Below, piece after piece: positions 1-13,515 of a DNA stretch of 64,000 nt. The position numbers and the translations under genes were made by a program. Within the stretch, counting starts at the first letter, position 1. Each line of letters starts with the position of its first letter. The notes under the pieces were generated by a model. It saw nothing but the letters and a program-made list of their open reading frames with translations, made no database searches and was not told the origin of the DNA. The DNA lies in the NCBI GenBank assembly GCA_951406725.2, contig OX597819.1, positions 109,554,001-109,618,000 of the forward strand. Direction: 5' to 3'. This DNA is from Octopus vulgaris (taxonomy: Eukaryota).

Positions 1-140
1 TGTATGTATGTATGTATGCATACATGCATGTATGTATGCATACATGCATGCATGTATGTATGTATGTATGCATGCATGCATGCATGCATGTATGCATGTA
101 TGTATGTATGTATGTATGTATGCATACATGCATGCATGGG

Positions 141-171
<31 letters not shown>

Positions 172-250
172 CTATGTATATAAGTATGTCTGTATGTCTA
201 TATATATATGTGTATATATCTATCTATGTATGCGTACATGTATGAATTTA
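1..250. repeat. (TATG)n/(CATG)n compound microsatellite
   Basis: Direct reading of tetranucleotide repeats. Confidence 0.95.
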
Positions 251-525
251 TGAGTGGATTTGGTAGGCGGAAACTGAAAGAAGCCCGTCGTATATATGTA
301 TATGTATATGTATGTGTGTGTATGTGTTTGTGTGTCTGTGGTCGTCCCCCAACATCGCTTGACAACCGATGCTGGTGTGTTTACGTCCCCGTAACTGATC
401 GGTTCGGCAAAAGAGACCAATAGAATAAGTACTAGGCTCACAAAGAATAAGTCCTGGGGTCGATTTGTTCGACTAAAGGTGGTGCTCCAGCATGGCCGCA
501 GTCAAATGACTGAAACTAGTAAAAA
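251..525 (+). mobile_element. SINE group A, 5'-truncated copy with internal (TA)/(TG) tract
   Basis: Matches the 3' two-thirds of the full copy at 17158-17612 (gtggatttggtag...aagcccgtcg...ggtgctccagcatggccgcagtcaaatgactgaaac). Confidence 0.9.
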
Positions 526-543
526 TAGCATGTTTTAGATATA

Positions 544-574
<31 letters not shown>

Positions 575-689
575 ATGTATGTATGTATGTATGTATGTAT
601 GTATGTATGTATGTATGTATGTGTACATGTGTGTGTTTGTGTGTGTGTGTGCGTGAAATCTCTCTGTACCAGTGTATATTGCAGTCGTG

Positions 690-1195
690 TTGTTTAGGTC
701 CATATCAGTCTTGATTGAGCAGATCTTATCATAAACAGAGTTCCAACCGTGACAATCCCATCTTTGTTTTAATGTTCCCAGGAATACAATATCCTGGATT
801 TATCAAGCTCCTTGCTACTTTTTGTGTTTTACTTGAGGGAAATTTGATTGGTATTTCTAGCTGGTCCAGCGACCACCTAAAGCCTCTCCCTTGTCTGTGG
901 TGTATATTGGAGTTGTGGTGGTAGTAGTGAGATCGTGGTGGTTGTGTTAGTATTAATGGGAGGAGATGCTGTCGTGGGAAGAAGACCAGTGTTGGTGAAG
1001 GTGTCGATGTTGTTTAGTTCCAGATCAATCTTGAACCAGCAGAAGTATGATCAAAAGCGTTCCAACCGTGAACAACCCGTCTTTGTGTGTACCAAGGATT
1101 ACAGTATCAATATATATATGTCCAGCAAGTCGAGATTTGAATGAGATTTAGCTGCTATTTCTAGCAGATCGTTCCATAGTTTAGATGTTCCTTGT
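690..1195 (+). repeat. Two degenerate copies of a short dispersed repeat (group D)
   Basis: Shared motifs gagcaga..tatgatcaaa..gttccaaccgtga and gctatttctagc at about 690-890 and 1010-1195; related pieces near 6040-6230, 32595-32765, 43040-43230 and 56190-56300. Confidence 0.6.
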
Positions 1196-1239
1196 CTTTA
1201 TTACTTTTGGGTTTCTGTTTCCCTTAACTGAAAGAAGAT

Positions 1240-1627
1240 ACTGGGCTCATAACCTTCGTAGGGGCCTCCGCCTTGGAGCTACACTCATGAGCTGGTGAGA
1301 TCGACACGATTAGCGTTCATCTTTAACAATCAACAAATGCAGGAGAAACAGTCGAAGGATCGAAATTTCAGAGTGTCGATATTCGGGGGAGGAAGGACTG
1401 GGTGCAGCAGTTAGTTCGAGGCCTGGGGAGTGGAGGGAGTGCACATAACGGGAGGAGGAGAGACAAATGAGTCGAGAGTGCTTGAGCAGAAGTGATATGA
1501 GAGTAGCCAGTTCCGAGCAGCAAAGATCACTGTAATATTGACAGAAAAGATAGAGTCAGGAGTTGGCGAGTGTTTTGATCAACGACTTCATGCCAATCAG
1601 TTGTCTACGATATGTGTGGTGGTATAC

Positions 1628-1708
<81 letters not shown>

Positions 1709-2050
1709 TGAGAGAGGATGTGAGGGAGGGAAAAAGAGAGAAAAAGGAGAGAGTGGGAGGGAGAGGGAGAGAGAGAGAGAGAGAGAGAGAGTGTGTGTAG
1801 CAGCACAAGCATCTCAGAGGTGGGGGCAACACATAGTTGCGGGTCTCTGCAGAGCTTTCCTGAAAGTTGCATGTTTAACTGGAGATAAAGTAATTGCTGG
1901 TTTCAAAGTGAAGATCCAGTCTTTGTGATGCAGTCTAAGGCATATTAAGGATATGAGAGATGCTTAGGGGATAGCAAGACTATGAGAGATACTTAGGGGA
2001 TAGCAAGACTTCTTGAATGCTACACATGTTTAAGGGGTTATGAAGTGGCT
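1240..2050 (-). mobile_element. Decayed CR1/L2-like LINE, RT C-terminal region, split by (GA)n
   Basis: Minus-strand remnants HATFRKALQRPATMCCPHL (cf. LYKAxxRPxxEYCSHLW) and LYLFCQYYSDLCCSELATLI (cf. LFYRYYxGxCSxEL); stops and frameshifts. Confidence 0.55.
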
Positions 2051-2076
2051 AAGATACGGTGATGTTTTCTTGATAT

Positions 2077-2740
<664 letters not shown>

Positions 2741-2981
2741 ATCTGCGAGTAACATTTGAATCTGTTTCATTTATATAAATGTTTATCTAATTTCGATTGA
2801 ATAAAGGGACAAGAATTGCCTGATCCTATTAATGGTCTCTACTCAGAGGTCAATACAGATTTGGCTTTAGGTGTTGGATGACGTTTTGGGTGAAGAAAGT
2901 TTAGAGAAGGACGATGGCTGGTGTCATCCGCGTGGGAGTGAGCATTGCTGGAAATAGCAGCAGGTAAGTGGTTGATATATA

Positions 2982-3586
2982 CTTTTCTACTCTAGGCACA
3001 AGGCCCGAAATTTCTTGGGAGGGGATCAGTCGATTAGATCGACCCCAGTACACAACTAGTACTTAATTTATCGACCCCGAAAGGATGAAAGGTAAAGTCG
3101 ACCTCGGCGGAATTTGACTCAGAACGTAGCAGCAGACGAAATACTGCTAAGCATTTCGCCCGGTGTGCTAACGTTTCTTATTTCTTTACTACCCACAACA
3201 GAGGAGACAAACAAGGACAGACAAACGGATTAAGTCGATTATATCGACCCCAGTGAGTAACTGGTACTTATTTGATCGACCCCGAAAGGATGAAAGGCAA
3301 AGTCGACCTCGGCGGAATTTGAACTCAGAACGAAGCGGCTGACAAAATACTTATTTCTTTACTGCCCACAAGGGACTACACACAGAGGGGACAAACAAGG
3401 ACAGACAAACGGATTAAGTCGATTATATCGACACCAGTGCGTAACTGGTACTTATTTAATCGACCCCGAAAGGATGAAAGGCTAAGTCGACCTCGGCGGA
3501 ATTTGAAAGCAGAACGTAAAGGCAGACGAAATACTGCAAAGCATTTCGCCCGGCGTGCTAACGATTCAGCCAGCTCGCCGGCTTAG
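2982..3586 (-). mobile_element. SINE group B, three-unit composite with TSD
   Basis: tRNA-like head with B-box gagttcaaattcc, conserved gcctttcatcctttcggggtcgat body; TSD gtggttgatatata at 2968-2981 and 3587-3600. Confidence 0.9.
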
Positions 3587-3870
3587 GTGGTTGATATATA
3601 ATAAGAACGTTCCCATAATGTTTGAGATCATTCTGAAAGGAGGTTACTGAACTAAGAAGCGAGAGACGGTTGTATTCCATAGGCGGAAAGTTTTCAACGG
3701 AATTTCACATGACAGACACTGTCGAATTCTTTGCTGATGTTGAGTAATGTTGTTTAACCCTAGGCCACGCTGGCTGAGAGAATGAGAATCTAGAACATGG
3801 TTTTCAGAGAAGAAAATTTATACAAAACTAAACAACATGATGCAGCAATGTAGTGTTTCTCGCACACGCG

Positions 3871-3945
<75 letters not shown>

Positions 3946-4213
3946 ACACAATCATATATACGCACAATCATATACATACACACACACAATCTTATACTCA
4001 CACACAGTCGTACACACATACACCTATAATCATGCACACACATAATCATACACACATAATCATACACACACATACAATCATAAGCACATACACTCATACG
4101 CACACATACACTCACGCACGCAGGTGCGCGCACACACGTACGTGCGCGCACACGCATCCACACACTATGCATATAAATCATTAACACGCGGTGTACACGT
4201 ATGTGAAGACCTG

Positions 4214-4330
4214 CACTCATGATTGTAAAGTTTGTAGTTTCGATTCCAGGGCCGGGTGATGGGTTGTGTTTTTGAATAAAACATTTCATTTCGCATCGCC
4301 CCAGTCCTCTAAGCTGGCAAAAAGGAATAA
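4214..4330 (+). mobile_element. SINE group C fragment
   Basis: B-box-like gtttcgattcc followed by a degenerate ttgtgt..ttgag..aaacac domain as in 12938-13170. Confidence 0.65.
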
Positions 4331-4937
4331 CCCTATTCTATAAATAGCACTGCGTCTCGTACTAATAGGAATAGTAGTTGTTGATATTTATATTGCTGGT
4401 GAAATCGTTGACCGTGCTGTTGGCAGTGATGATATTTGTGGTGAAGGTATGACAAGTACAATACCTGGTAGTGTATGTACAGGGAAGTAGGTGGTGGGGG
4501 TTGTTGCAGAGTAATAAAGGGTGGTGATGGGGTGACGGTGTCTGAATAATTTTTCGAAATACTGCTGAATTAACTAAAATGGTGACGATGGTGGTAATGT
4601 AATGATGGCGGGGATAAGATGGGTGAGATAGTGGTGGTGGTGGTAGTAGTAGTAGTAGTGTTGTACTAGACAAGTAGTGATGTAATGCTGGTGGTGGGTA
4701 ACAGTGGTGGCGGTGGTGACAGAGACGGAGTGAATGGTGGTGGCTTTTGTCTGTGATGGCCATGGTATTATTGGCCCATGAGCAACAAAATGCACTGGGC
4801 CCTATAGTATAAGCCACGCCACTCCCCACTCCCTCACGGGCAACTGCACAGTGTGTTTATGCCTTATGACGGCACTAGTGATGGTTGTAGTGGTTGTGAT
4901 GATGATGCTGAAGGTGTCGACAGCAATGATAACAGAA

Positions 4938-5721
4938 ACCGGCGAGCTGGCAGAATCGTTAGCACACCGGGCGAAATGCTTAGCGGTATTTCGTCTGCTG
5001 CTACGTTCTGAGTTCAAATTCCGCTGAGGTCGACTTTGCCTTTCATCCTTTCGGGGTCGATAAATTAAGTACCAGTTACGCACTGGGGGTCGATGTAATC
5101 GACTTAATACCTATGTCTGTCCTTGTTTGTCCCCTCTATGTTTAGCCCCTTGTGGGTAATAAAGAAATAGAAATAGGTATTTCGTCTGCCGCTACGTTCT
5201 GAGTTCAAATTCCGCCGAGCTCGACTTTGCCTTTCCTCCTTTCGGAGTCGATTAAATAAGTACCAGTTACGCACTGGGGTCGATGTAATCGACTTAATCC
5301 CTTTGTCTGTCCTTGTTCGTCCTCTCTGTGTTTAGTCCCTTGTGGGTAGTAAAGAAATACGTATTTCGTCTGCCGCTACGTTCTGAGTTCAAATTCCTCC
5401 GAGCTCGACTTTGCCCTTCATCCTCCCAGGGTCGATTAAATAAGTACCAGTTACGCACTGGGGTCGATATAATCGACTTAATCCGTTTGTCTGTCCCTTC
5501 TGTGTTTAGTCCCTTGTGGGTAGTAAAGAAATAGGTATTTTGTCTGCCGCTACGTTCTGAGTTCAAATTCCACCAAGGTCGACTTTGCCTTTCATCCTTT
5601 CGGGGTCGATTAGATAGGTAGTAGTTACACACTGGGGTCGATATAATCGACTTAATCCGTTTGTCTGTCCTTGTTTGTTCCCTCTGTGTGTAGCGCCTTG
5701 TGGGCAGTAAAGGAATAAGAT
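4938..5721 (+). mobile_element. SINE group B, four-unit head-to-tail multimer with TSD
   Basis: One head, then four units of about 175-190 bp each starting (g)gtattt(c)gtctg; TSD atgataacagaa at 4926-4937 and 5722-5733. Confidence 0.92.
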
Positions 5722-6225
5722 ATGATAACAGAAGTGGCAATAGTGATGGTTGCGATGGAGGCGATGATGATGGTATTGCTGATGGTGTTCGTGATATTAG
5801 AGGCGATAGTGGTAGTCCTCATAGGTATCTGCTTGGTGGTTGTGGTAAGAGTGATGAGAGTGTGACTGTTACACAGAGAAGCTGTTATAGTTTAACACCT
5901 GACCTAGTAAATCATATTACTCCGCTCCTTTGACAATCTTGATCCAGCACCCTGATATATAGAGATATCTAAAACTATATAAACTATATATCCTGTTCTT
6001 ATTAAAAAGGGAGAGGGAAAGAGAGAGAGAGAGAGGACATTTGACTGCTATTTCTAGCTGCACATGCAACCACATATTGACTCATTGTTTCGTCCTTCTG
6101 TTTATAGTGGTGATGAAGATGTCAGCTGTTATGGTGATTGTGGTGATGATGATAGTTGTACTGTGCTTGTTATTTAACCTCATATCAACTCTGATCGAGT
6201 GGACCTATGCTCACAATTATTCCAT

Positions 6226-6262
<37 letters not shown>

Positions 6263-6296
6263 GAAGCCGAATTCATTAGTGGTATTTTCGGGAATA

Positions 6297-7155
6297 AGAA
6301 GTCTGATCAATAAGTATCTGGACAGTTGCCATAGTAACGAAGCTAAAGTACGCAGAGAGAAGCCGCTCGACAAAGAACTCTGCTGTGCATATGCACTAAG
6401 TTTTAACGCACTAGCTCATTTCTGCTGTTTACAGCAGTGCTTGGAAGGAAGGTGTGTAGCGTGTGATCGTCGCATTGACCATAACAGAGAAAGTCGTCAT
6501 GGCGATACCTGCTCAGAGGTCTACGCCAAGTTGCAGAAAGCGTATGGAGAAGAGTGTATGAGCCGCACACAGTCGTTCAGATGCCTCCAAGATGGCTGAA
6601 AAATGTCGATATTGAGGAACGTTCTGGGAGACCCGCAACCAGCAGAACTGAGAAAAACATCGCAGACGTGCGTGCAGCTGTGAGAGGAAGTCATCGAATC
6701 ACCATCCGTGATTTATCAGAGTATGTGCAGATTAGATACGGTCCAGTCCGTTATCACTGAAGATTTGGGTATGAGATGCGTTTCTGCCAAGTTTGTGCCA
6801 AAACTTTTCAGCTGACCAAAAAGACACAGTTACTTAAGATCTCCTTGATTGTGCCGAGAAAGATGAAAACGTTTTGAAAACTTTGCATAGGCCTCTGAAC
6901 AGGTATCACCAGGCCTTTGGCAAAATTTGATGCAGATTCTCTGCTCAACTTTCTTCCTCATAGTGAATGCGATGATCACACGCCATACACCTTCCTTCCA
7001 AGCACTGCAGTAAACAGCAGAAAAGGAGCTAGAACATTAAAACTTAGTGCACATGCACAGCAAAGTTCGAGGTCAATCTGTGCCAAGCGGTTTTACTCTG
7101 CATACTTTAGCATCGTTACTATGGCAACAGCCCGGATACTTATTCATCAGACCAC
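6297..7155 (+). mobile_element. Non-autonomous mariner derivative with long inverted arms
   Basis: TIR gtctgatcaataagtatc / gatacttattcatcagac, TA flanks; frameshifted transposase N-terminus GDTCSEVYAKLQKAYGEECMSRTQ..ERSGRPATSRT..LGMRCVSAKFVPK; no DDD domain. Confidence 0.88.
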
Positions 7156-7289
7156 TACAGGAATTCAGAGTAGGACGCGACACAGTGGGCCACAAGTACA
7201 CTTGGGTTATTTTTTTTACCGATATCAACGATGACTATTTCAGCAAAATACTTGATATGCCTTTTATCTTTTACTTGGATTTTTAGTTG

Positions 7290-7490
7290 AATGAATCAAC
7301 CCCCCCCCACCAGTACTTCTTTTTAAAACCTGGTACGTATTATTTCGGTCTTTTTGGCCGAACCTCTAAGTTATGGGGATGCCAACACGCTAACACCGGT
7401 TGTCAAGCGGTGGTGGGGGCTCAAACACAGGCGCAAATACACACACACATACGACGAGCTATTTTCAGTTTCCGTCTACCAAATCTACTC
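7290..7490 (-). mobile_element. SINE group A partial copy
   Basis: ggtctttttggccgaacc..taagtta..ggttgtcaagcg..ttcagtttccgtctaccaaatc. Confidence 0.75.
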
Positions 7491-7886
7491 AAAAGAAGCA
7501 AGAAGAAAATGTTTTGAGAACTTTATCATTGACAAAAGAGAGGAAATATTCATATTTTTCTCAAAATATACTGCCGGTTTCAAGCTGCTTTTTGACGATT
7601 TAATCATCTTAAAAAATCGAAACTGGTAGCATATTGTGATAAAAAGGTAAATATAATAATGTTCTCAGAGCATTTGTTTCTATTTGATCTTTAATATAAA
7701 TTAATTCGCGTGAAGCCTCTTAAGCTTTTCAACATACATATATGTATATTTAGACATTTGTTTCGTACTTAAATATGTAAAATAGAAATATTAAATTGAA
7801 CCTCCATCGGTTGCAACAAAAAGTTTCCGGATGGTCTGTCAACAGAACTCTTTACTCATTAAATGATTGCGAAAGTGACTGAGTAT

Positions 7887-8275
7887 ATATTTCTTTATTG
7901 CCCACAAGGGGCTAAATATAGAGAGGACAAACAAGGACAGACAAAGGGATTAAGTCGATTACATCGACCCCAGTGCGTAACTGGTACTTAATTTATCGAC
8001 CCCGAAAGGATAAAAGGCTAAGTCAACCTCGGCGGAATTTGAACTCAGAACGTAGCAGCAGACGAAATACCGATTTCTTTACTGCCCACAAGGGGCTAAA
8101 CAAGGACAGCCAAACGGATTAAGTCGATTACATCGACCCCAGTGCGTAACTGGTACTTAATTTATCGACCCCGAAAGGATGAAAAGCAAAGTCGACCTCG
8201 GCGGAATTTGAACTCAGAAAGTAACGGCCAAGCATTTCGTCCGGCGTCCTAACGATTCTGCCAGCTCGCCGCCTT
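7887..8275 (-). mobile_element. SINE group B dimer with TSD
   Basis: Two units, one internally shortened; TSD aaagtgactgagtat at 7872-7886 and 8276-8290. Confidence 0.92.
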
Positions 8276-8808
8276 AAAGTGACTGAGTATTCCACATGTA
8301 GTTCTATTCTTAATGTAATACTCGGATACAATCGGCATAACATAGTGTGTAACAAAGTTGGCCTTTTGAATAGCAAGTATGGCCTATCTGACTGGTTTCC
8401 ACACAATTTCTGTTTAATAAATGCCAGGCATAAGGCTTAGGTTGGTAAATGATATGAGTTGTCAGAAAACATCGTTCGTTGTCCCTCATTCATTTATTTT
8501 AATCCTTTCCTGTGTTATTTGAATTTACACGAAAAAAATATTTTTATTGTAGTGTTTTACGTTTGTTTTTGTAGCTCTATTTTTCCTCTACAAAATTTTG
8601 TTTTTTGTTTTCGAAATTTCAATAAATTTTACCTATTTTCAGACATATGACGATGAAGTGCCAAGTAGAAAGAAATGAATGAATTGATTTGACAAACCAA
8701 TGATTGACCAGAATACCGCACAGTCGAACCTCACATTTGTGAGACAAACTTATTAGCTAAACGGTAATGCCTCTGTCTACGCACACACACACGCACGCAC
8801 ACACACAA

Positions 8809-8879
<71 letters not shown>

Positions 8880-9174
8880 AACACATGTATCTACATTCAA
8901 CCACCGCAGAGCGTCAATTCTAATTACTTTCAATTGTATTTATTTTTCCAAAAATCGATATCACGGCGAGCTAACGACGAAACCTTTACATGGTACGAAG
9001 ATGTGCTAGAAATAACAATGAAATCTCCCTTCGTCGCACACCCTTCTCTCTTATAAAAGGAAGAAGATATTAGGTAATGTAATCGTAAATTCCCAGTACC
9101 TGAAAGGAACGGAATAGTCAATTCTGCGATTGCTTTCAACATTGGTCTGCTTCAATCCTAACTTAATAAAGACA

Positions 9175-9190
9175 ACGACGACAACGTCAG

Positions 9191-9228
<38 letters not shown>

Positions 9229-9233
9229 ACAGC

Positions 9234-9278
<45 letters not shown>

Positions 9279-9305
9279 ACAACAACAATGATAACAGCGA
9301 CAACA
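9175..9305. repeat. (CAG)n(CAA)n microsatellite
   Basis: Direct reading. Confidence 0.95.
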
Positions 9306-9912
9306 ACGTCACCGATATTTTAATTCAATATTGTTTTTACTGTCTCTATGCTATATGTATTCATTTCCGAATTTAATTTTAAATAATTGATATTTATTCA
9401 TTCTTCGTTCATTCCGATATTAATTCGCAAAATAGTTCATAAAATATTTCAATCACAGCCGGTTCGCCCGCGTAACCTATTGGGTTGTTCAGACACCACT
9501 GAACATACGACAGACAGACAGACAGACACACACACACACTATGCAACACACACACGTATCATCTGCACGCATACATAGAGAATAGATATTAAAATATACT
9601 CAGACACAAACACAAATAAATACACATATACCTAAACACATATGCACACACATATATACTCGAAGACGTGCCTGGTTCAATAAATGCATATTCACAATAT
9701 AAGTACAAGCAAGTAATGGCGAATCTATAGCATGTGTGTCACCAGTAAAATACCTCGGCTTTATGTGATTTCTCTGAAATATCATGCTATAAAATCTAAG
9801 TGAGAATCTAAAAAAACAAAAAACAAAAAAACAAAGCAAAAACAAAACAAAAGACGAAAACGGGTGTGTAAACAACAGATGTATTAGTTTAACGCTCGGG
9901 AAGTGAGAAAGT

Positions 9913-9948
9913 CTTTTACGTTTCGAGTCTACGCTCTTCCACAGAAAG
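9913..9948 (-). ncRNA. Minimal hammerhead-like motif (CUGUGGA core variant)
   Basis: Minus strand: CUUU CUGUGGA A GAGC GUAG ACUC GAAAC GUA AAAG; same repeat family as 30612-30647. Confidence 0.55.
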
Positions 9949-10267
9949 GAACACAGAAACAGAGAAAGAAAATAAAAAGGTTTAGTAGCTAGCGATCCAT
10001 CATGGCTTTTACCTAAAGCTAAAATACATGCATACACACAATACTCCAATAATTGGGTTTAAATGAAATTAAAATTTCAGCATGTTGGGCTAAATGGGAT
10101 CGTTATCAGTGCTATATACGTATCATTTCTCTTCATTATCACCAAAATTGTCAATACATTTTTCCGAGAGTTGAAATTCAGAATGGTTTTTCAAAGAAAT
10201 CTCGTTCAGAATTATCTCAAAAATAGTTCATTATTCATCTTCGTTTTCAAAAATGTGTCCCTTAGAT

Positions 10268-10579
10268 CAATCCTACTCAAAATGGTGGTCCACGGACCGG
10301 TGCCGGTCCGCGAGCCATCAGCTGCCGGTACGCGGCGAGTTTCCAGAAAAAAAAAGAAACATAAAGTGCTTATAAAATGTTTATAAAGTGCTTATGTAAT
10401 ATTATATCATTTGTTTACAAAATAAATATAGGATAAAAAAAAATTGTCAACTTTTAGCATATTCATTATATATATTGTTTCCGGTATAAATTAATATTAC
10501 TAAGAAATATTACAGGTCCCTGGCACATTGGAAAGAAAAAGCTGCCGCTACGCCATATCAGATATTTTGAGAAGCACTG
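10268..10579. mobile_element. hAT (Charlie-like) MITE
   Basis: Imperfect TIR caatcctactcaaa / tttgagaagcactg; 8-bp flanks ccttagat / ttttagat. Confidence 0.75.
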
Positions 10580-10859
10580 TTTTAGATCTTTCAGGTGACG
10601 TAACAAAGAACTTGTTTGACTCGCTCTTTGAGCTTTATGGCAGCTGCAAGAGCACGGCAAAACTAGCAGCTTTAGTCACTGAAAATATTGGGAGATAACC
10701 GCTATGTGTACGAGGATATTGTTGCGGGGATGTCGAAACTGCTTTTATACCTTTCTCCGCTTTCTCACGATACTTTCGGTTAGATCTCTATAGTAATCTA
10801 CATCCAAATTGATATCAAATCCAATGAAGATTACACTGTAACAATTCTCAGACAACTGA

Positions 10860-11400
10860 AAGCATCATCGGTCTTTTGGAGCTGGTTCCTGTTTTGAAAT
10901 TCTTTGTTGGCATTTCAAATGATGTGGAACTTTTTCGTGTGGTAGAATGTACATGACTTTGACCCCTTTTTTTAAACACACGAGCCATATCTAACACTGC
11001 TTATGACATGATAGTGATCTTCCTTTTGTGTTTAGATTTCCAAATATACTTTGAAAGTAATGTGTCATATTCTGGGTGGTGATTAAGGAATGAGCTGTTT
11101 GTTGAGTTGGTGCTGGCCATTCGAGATGGAGCGATATGCATGTCAATCAAGCAAAACAAGAGGCCCCACTAGCCGGTCCGATAATCTTTTATAGTTGCCT
11201 AACCTCCTTTATAGTTGTTGTTTATCCGCGGTTTATAAATTTACATCGTGACGACATGTGTTTATTAAATATTTTCTATATGATTTTAGGATACATAGTT
11301 ATTCAATACAATCCTGTGTTGGTATGTGTTTTTGAATCTTTTTCGATTTCTTTCAGGTTAATGTTCGATCATAAGGCAGGAACAGTTGAAGTAAAAAAGA
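10860..11400 (-). mobile_element. Penelope-like element, GIY-YIG endonuclease remnant
   Basis: Minus-strand remnants YKDY/IGPASG, SSFLNHHPEYDTLLSKYIWKSK, AVLDMARVFKKKGSKSCTFYHTKKFHII (cf. TxLSKYIWxLK, GSKxCxLCxxEKxHI). Confidence 0.65.
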
Positions 11401-11638
11401 ACGGAAGCTGTACAAAGTTCATATGTTGTTTGAGCTCGACTTTTGTAAGGGGCGTATAGTACGGTAACCTAGCCTTGAGTGAATTGTGAGCTTGAAACGG
11501 CATCGTTAGACAGGATTATTGGAATATTTTCGTACATTGACGGAGCTATATATATTTGTTGGAATGTACCAATAGACATATATAGATATGTACAACGAAA
11601 TTAGTATACATGCTTAATATATATTTAGCCTCGTATAC

Positions 11639-11700
<62 letters not shown>

Positions 11701-11758
11701 GTATATATATACTCACAGACGTATATATGTGTAAGTATGTATATATATTATACATGTT

Positions 11759-11790
<32 letters not shown>

Positions 11791-12301
11791 TACATGTATA
11801 TAGACAAATACATACACACACATATACACTCATATATACACATGTATGTACATATGCATGTACATGCGTATATATGCACATAATTGTATATCAGTATATA
11901 CATATATTCACGCACAGATACACTAATGTGGCTAAGAACATATATGCACACACACGCACACACACGCACACACACTTAGGAACATATGCACATAGAGGCA
12001 AACACTCACACTTTCTTATCCCACGTAGGTCCGGCCGCACACATTTATATTAATTTCTTATATCCAATGTGTATATGACCAATATAGTTGCTGTCAATAA
12101 AAACAGATATATATTTCCGGAGGGACAATCTTCTGTTTTGGTGTTAATTGTTGGTGTTGCTGTGCTGTTGTGCATTTACATGTTTGCTCATACACGCTTG
12201 GATCCGGTTGTTTGTGCATAAATGAAACGAGTTACATACATACGGCACACACACACACACACACGCACACACACACACAAACACACACAAACACACGCAC
12301 G

Positions 12302-12372
<71 letters not shown>

Positions 12373-12405
12373 GTATATATAATGTACATGCTTACAGACA
12401 CATTG

Positions 12406-12451
<46 letters not shown>

Positions 12452-12703
12452 ATATATATAATATTGGAAATAGAGAAAAAGAGATTGAAAGAGTGCAAGG
12501 AGAGAGATAAGATAGATATATTAAATATAGAAATAAACAGTTTTTTTTTTATTAGAAGCCGAATCTTCTTGAATATGTGTGTTACGGTTCCGATAGTACA
12601 ATCAATCTAAGCGGCAGTGATGCGGACATGCCCGCACGCACACGCACTCACACACATTTAGTGTATTCCGTTGAGTGGGAGATAAGTTATTTAATAAAAA
12701 CGA

Positions 12704-13406
12704 GATTTAAATGTGAGTTGCTGTAAGTTTCATGTCCCAATAATACAGTAATCGGACGAGCTTGTATAGCGTGCTGTGTACCATCATGAAATCTTTCAAA
12801 ATCAAAATAAAACATGGTTGCGCTCTGAGAAAACGCGAGAAAAAGCAAGAAAGGACGAGAGAGAAAAGTAAACAGCAAAAGGAGAAGAGAAAAAGAAAAG
12901 CATGGTGGGAATTAACAATGGTTAATTCCCATTCTGTGGAGGCGCGTGGCTTAGTGGTTAGCGTGTTGAACTCATGATCGTAAGGTTGTGGTTTCGATTC
13001 CTGGACCGGGCGATGCGTTGTGTTCTTGAGTAAAACACTTCATTTCACGTTGCTCCAGTCCACTCAGCTGGCAAAAATGAGCGTCCCGTCCAGGTGGGGA
13101 ATTTCTACGCCGCTGAAACCGGGAAACCGGCCCGTATGAGCCTGGCATAGCTCGAGAAGGAACATTTTTTTCCAACTCTCATTCTGATGAGCTAAAGCTG
13201 CACCACTGTTATCTCCCCTTCCCGCCATGCTTTCTTTTTTCTCATTTCCTTTTTTCATTTCCCTTTTTCCCTTGTTCTTTCTCGCGTTTTCCCAGAGAGC
13301 AACAATGTTTTATTTTCGGCCAGGACAGTACACGGCATCCCAGACAAACTCGTCTGACTATTAGACTATCAGGGCAAGAAACTTACAGTAGCTCACGTTT
13401 AAATCC
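12704..13406. mobile_element. Old palindromic MITE-like element (arms about 200 bp) with a central SINE insertion
   Basis: 12704-12911 is a diverged reverse complement of 13219-13406 (gatttaaa.gtgag.t.ctgtaagttt and aaaataaaacat.gttgc.ctctg.gaaaacgcgagaaa). Confidence 0.75.
12938..13170 (+). mobile_element. SINE group C (tRNA-like head, CORE-like domain)
   Basis: A-box tggcttagtgg, B-box gtttcgattcc, ttgtgttcttgagtaaaacact domain; short flank repeat cattctg. Confidence 0.88.
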
Positions 13407-13425
13407 TGCATGTATGTATAAGTGC

Positions 13426-13479
<54 letters not shown>

Positions 13480-13515
13480 ATATATATATATATATATATA
13501 CACAAATTCATATGT

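Noticed and set aside
2830-2969. Possible exon ending in cag|gtaagt
   Set aside because: The donor overlaps a group D repeat motif and a TSD; no convincing acceptor or recognisable peptide.
4938-5721. Regular repeats resembling a CRISPR array or hammerhead retrozyme
   Set aside because: Units are contiguous, about 185 bp long and lack unique spacers; no CUGANGA..GAAA core was found on either strand.
10595-10698. Short frame after tttcag (GDVTKNLFDSLFELYG..)
   Set aside because: Sits between a MITE and a Penelope remnant; I recognise no homology.
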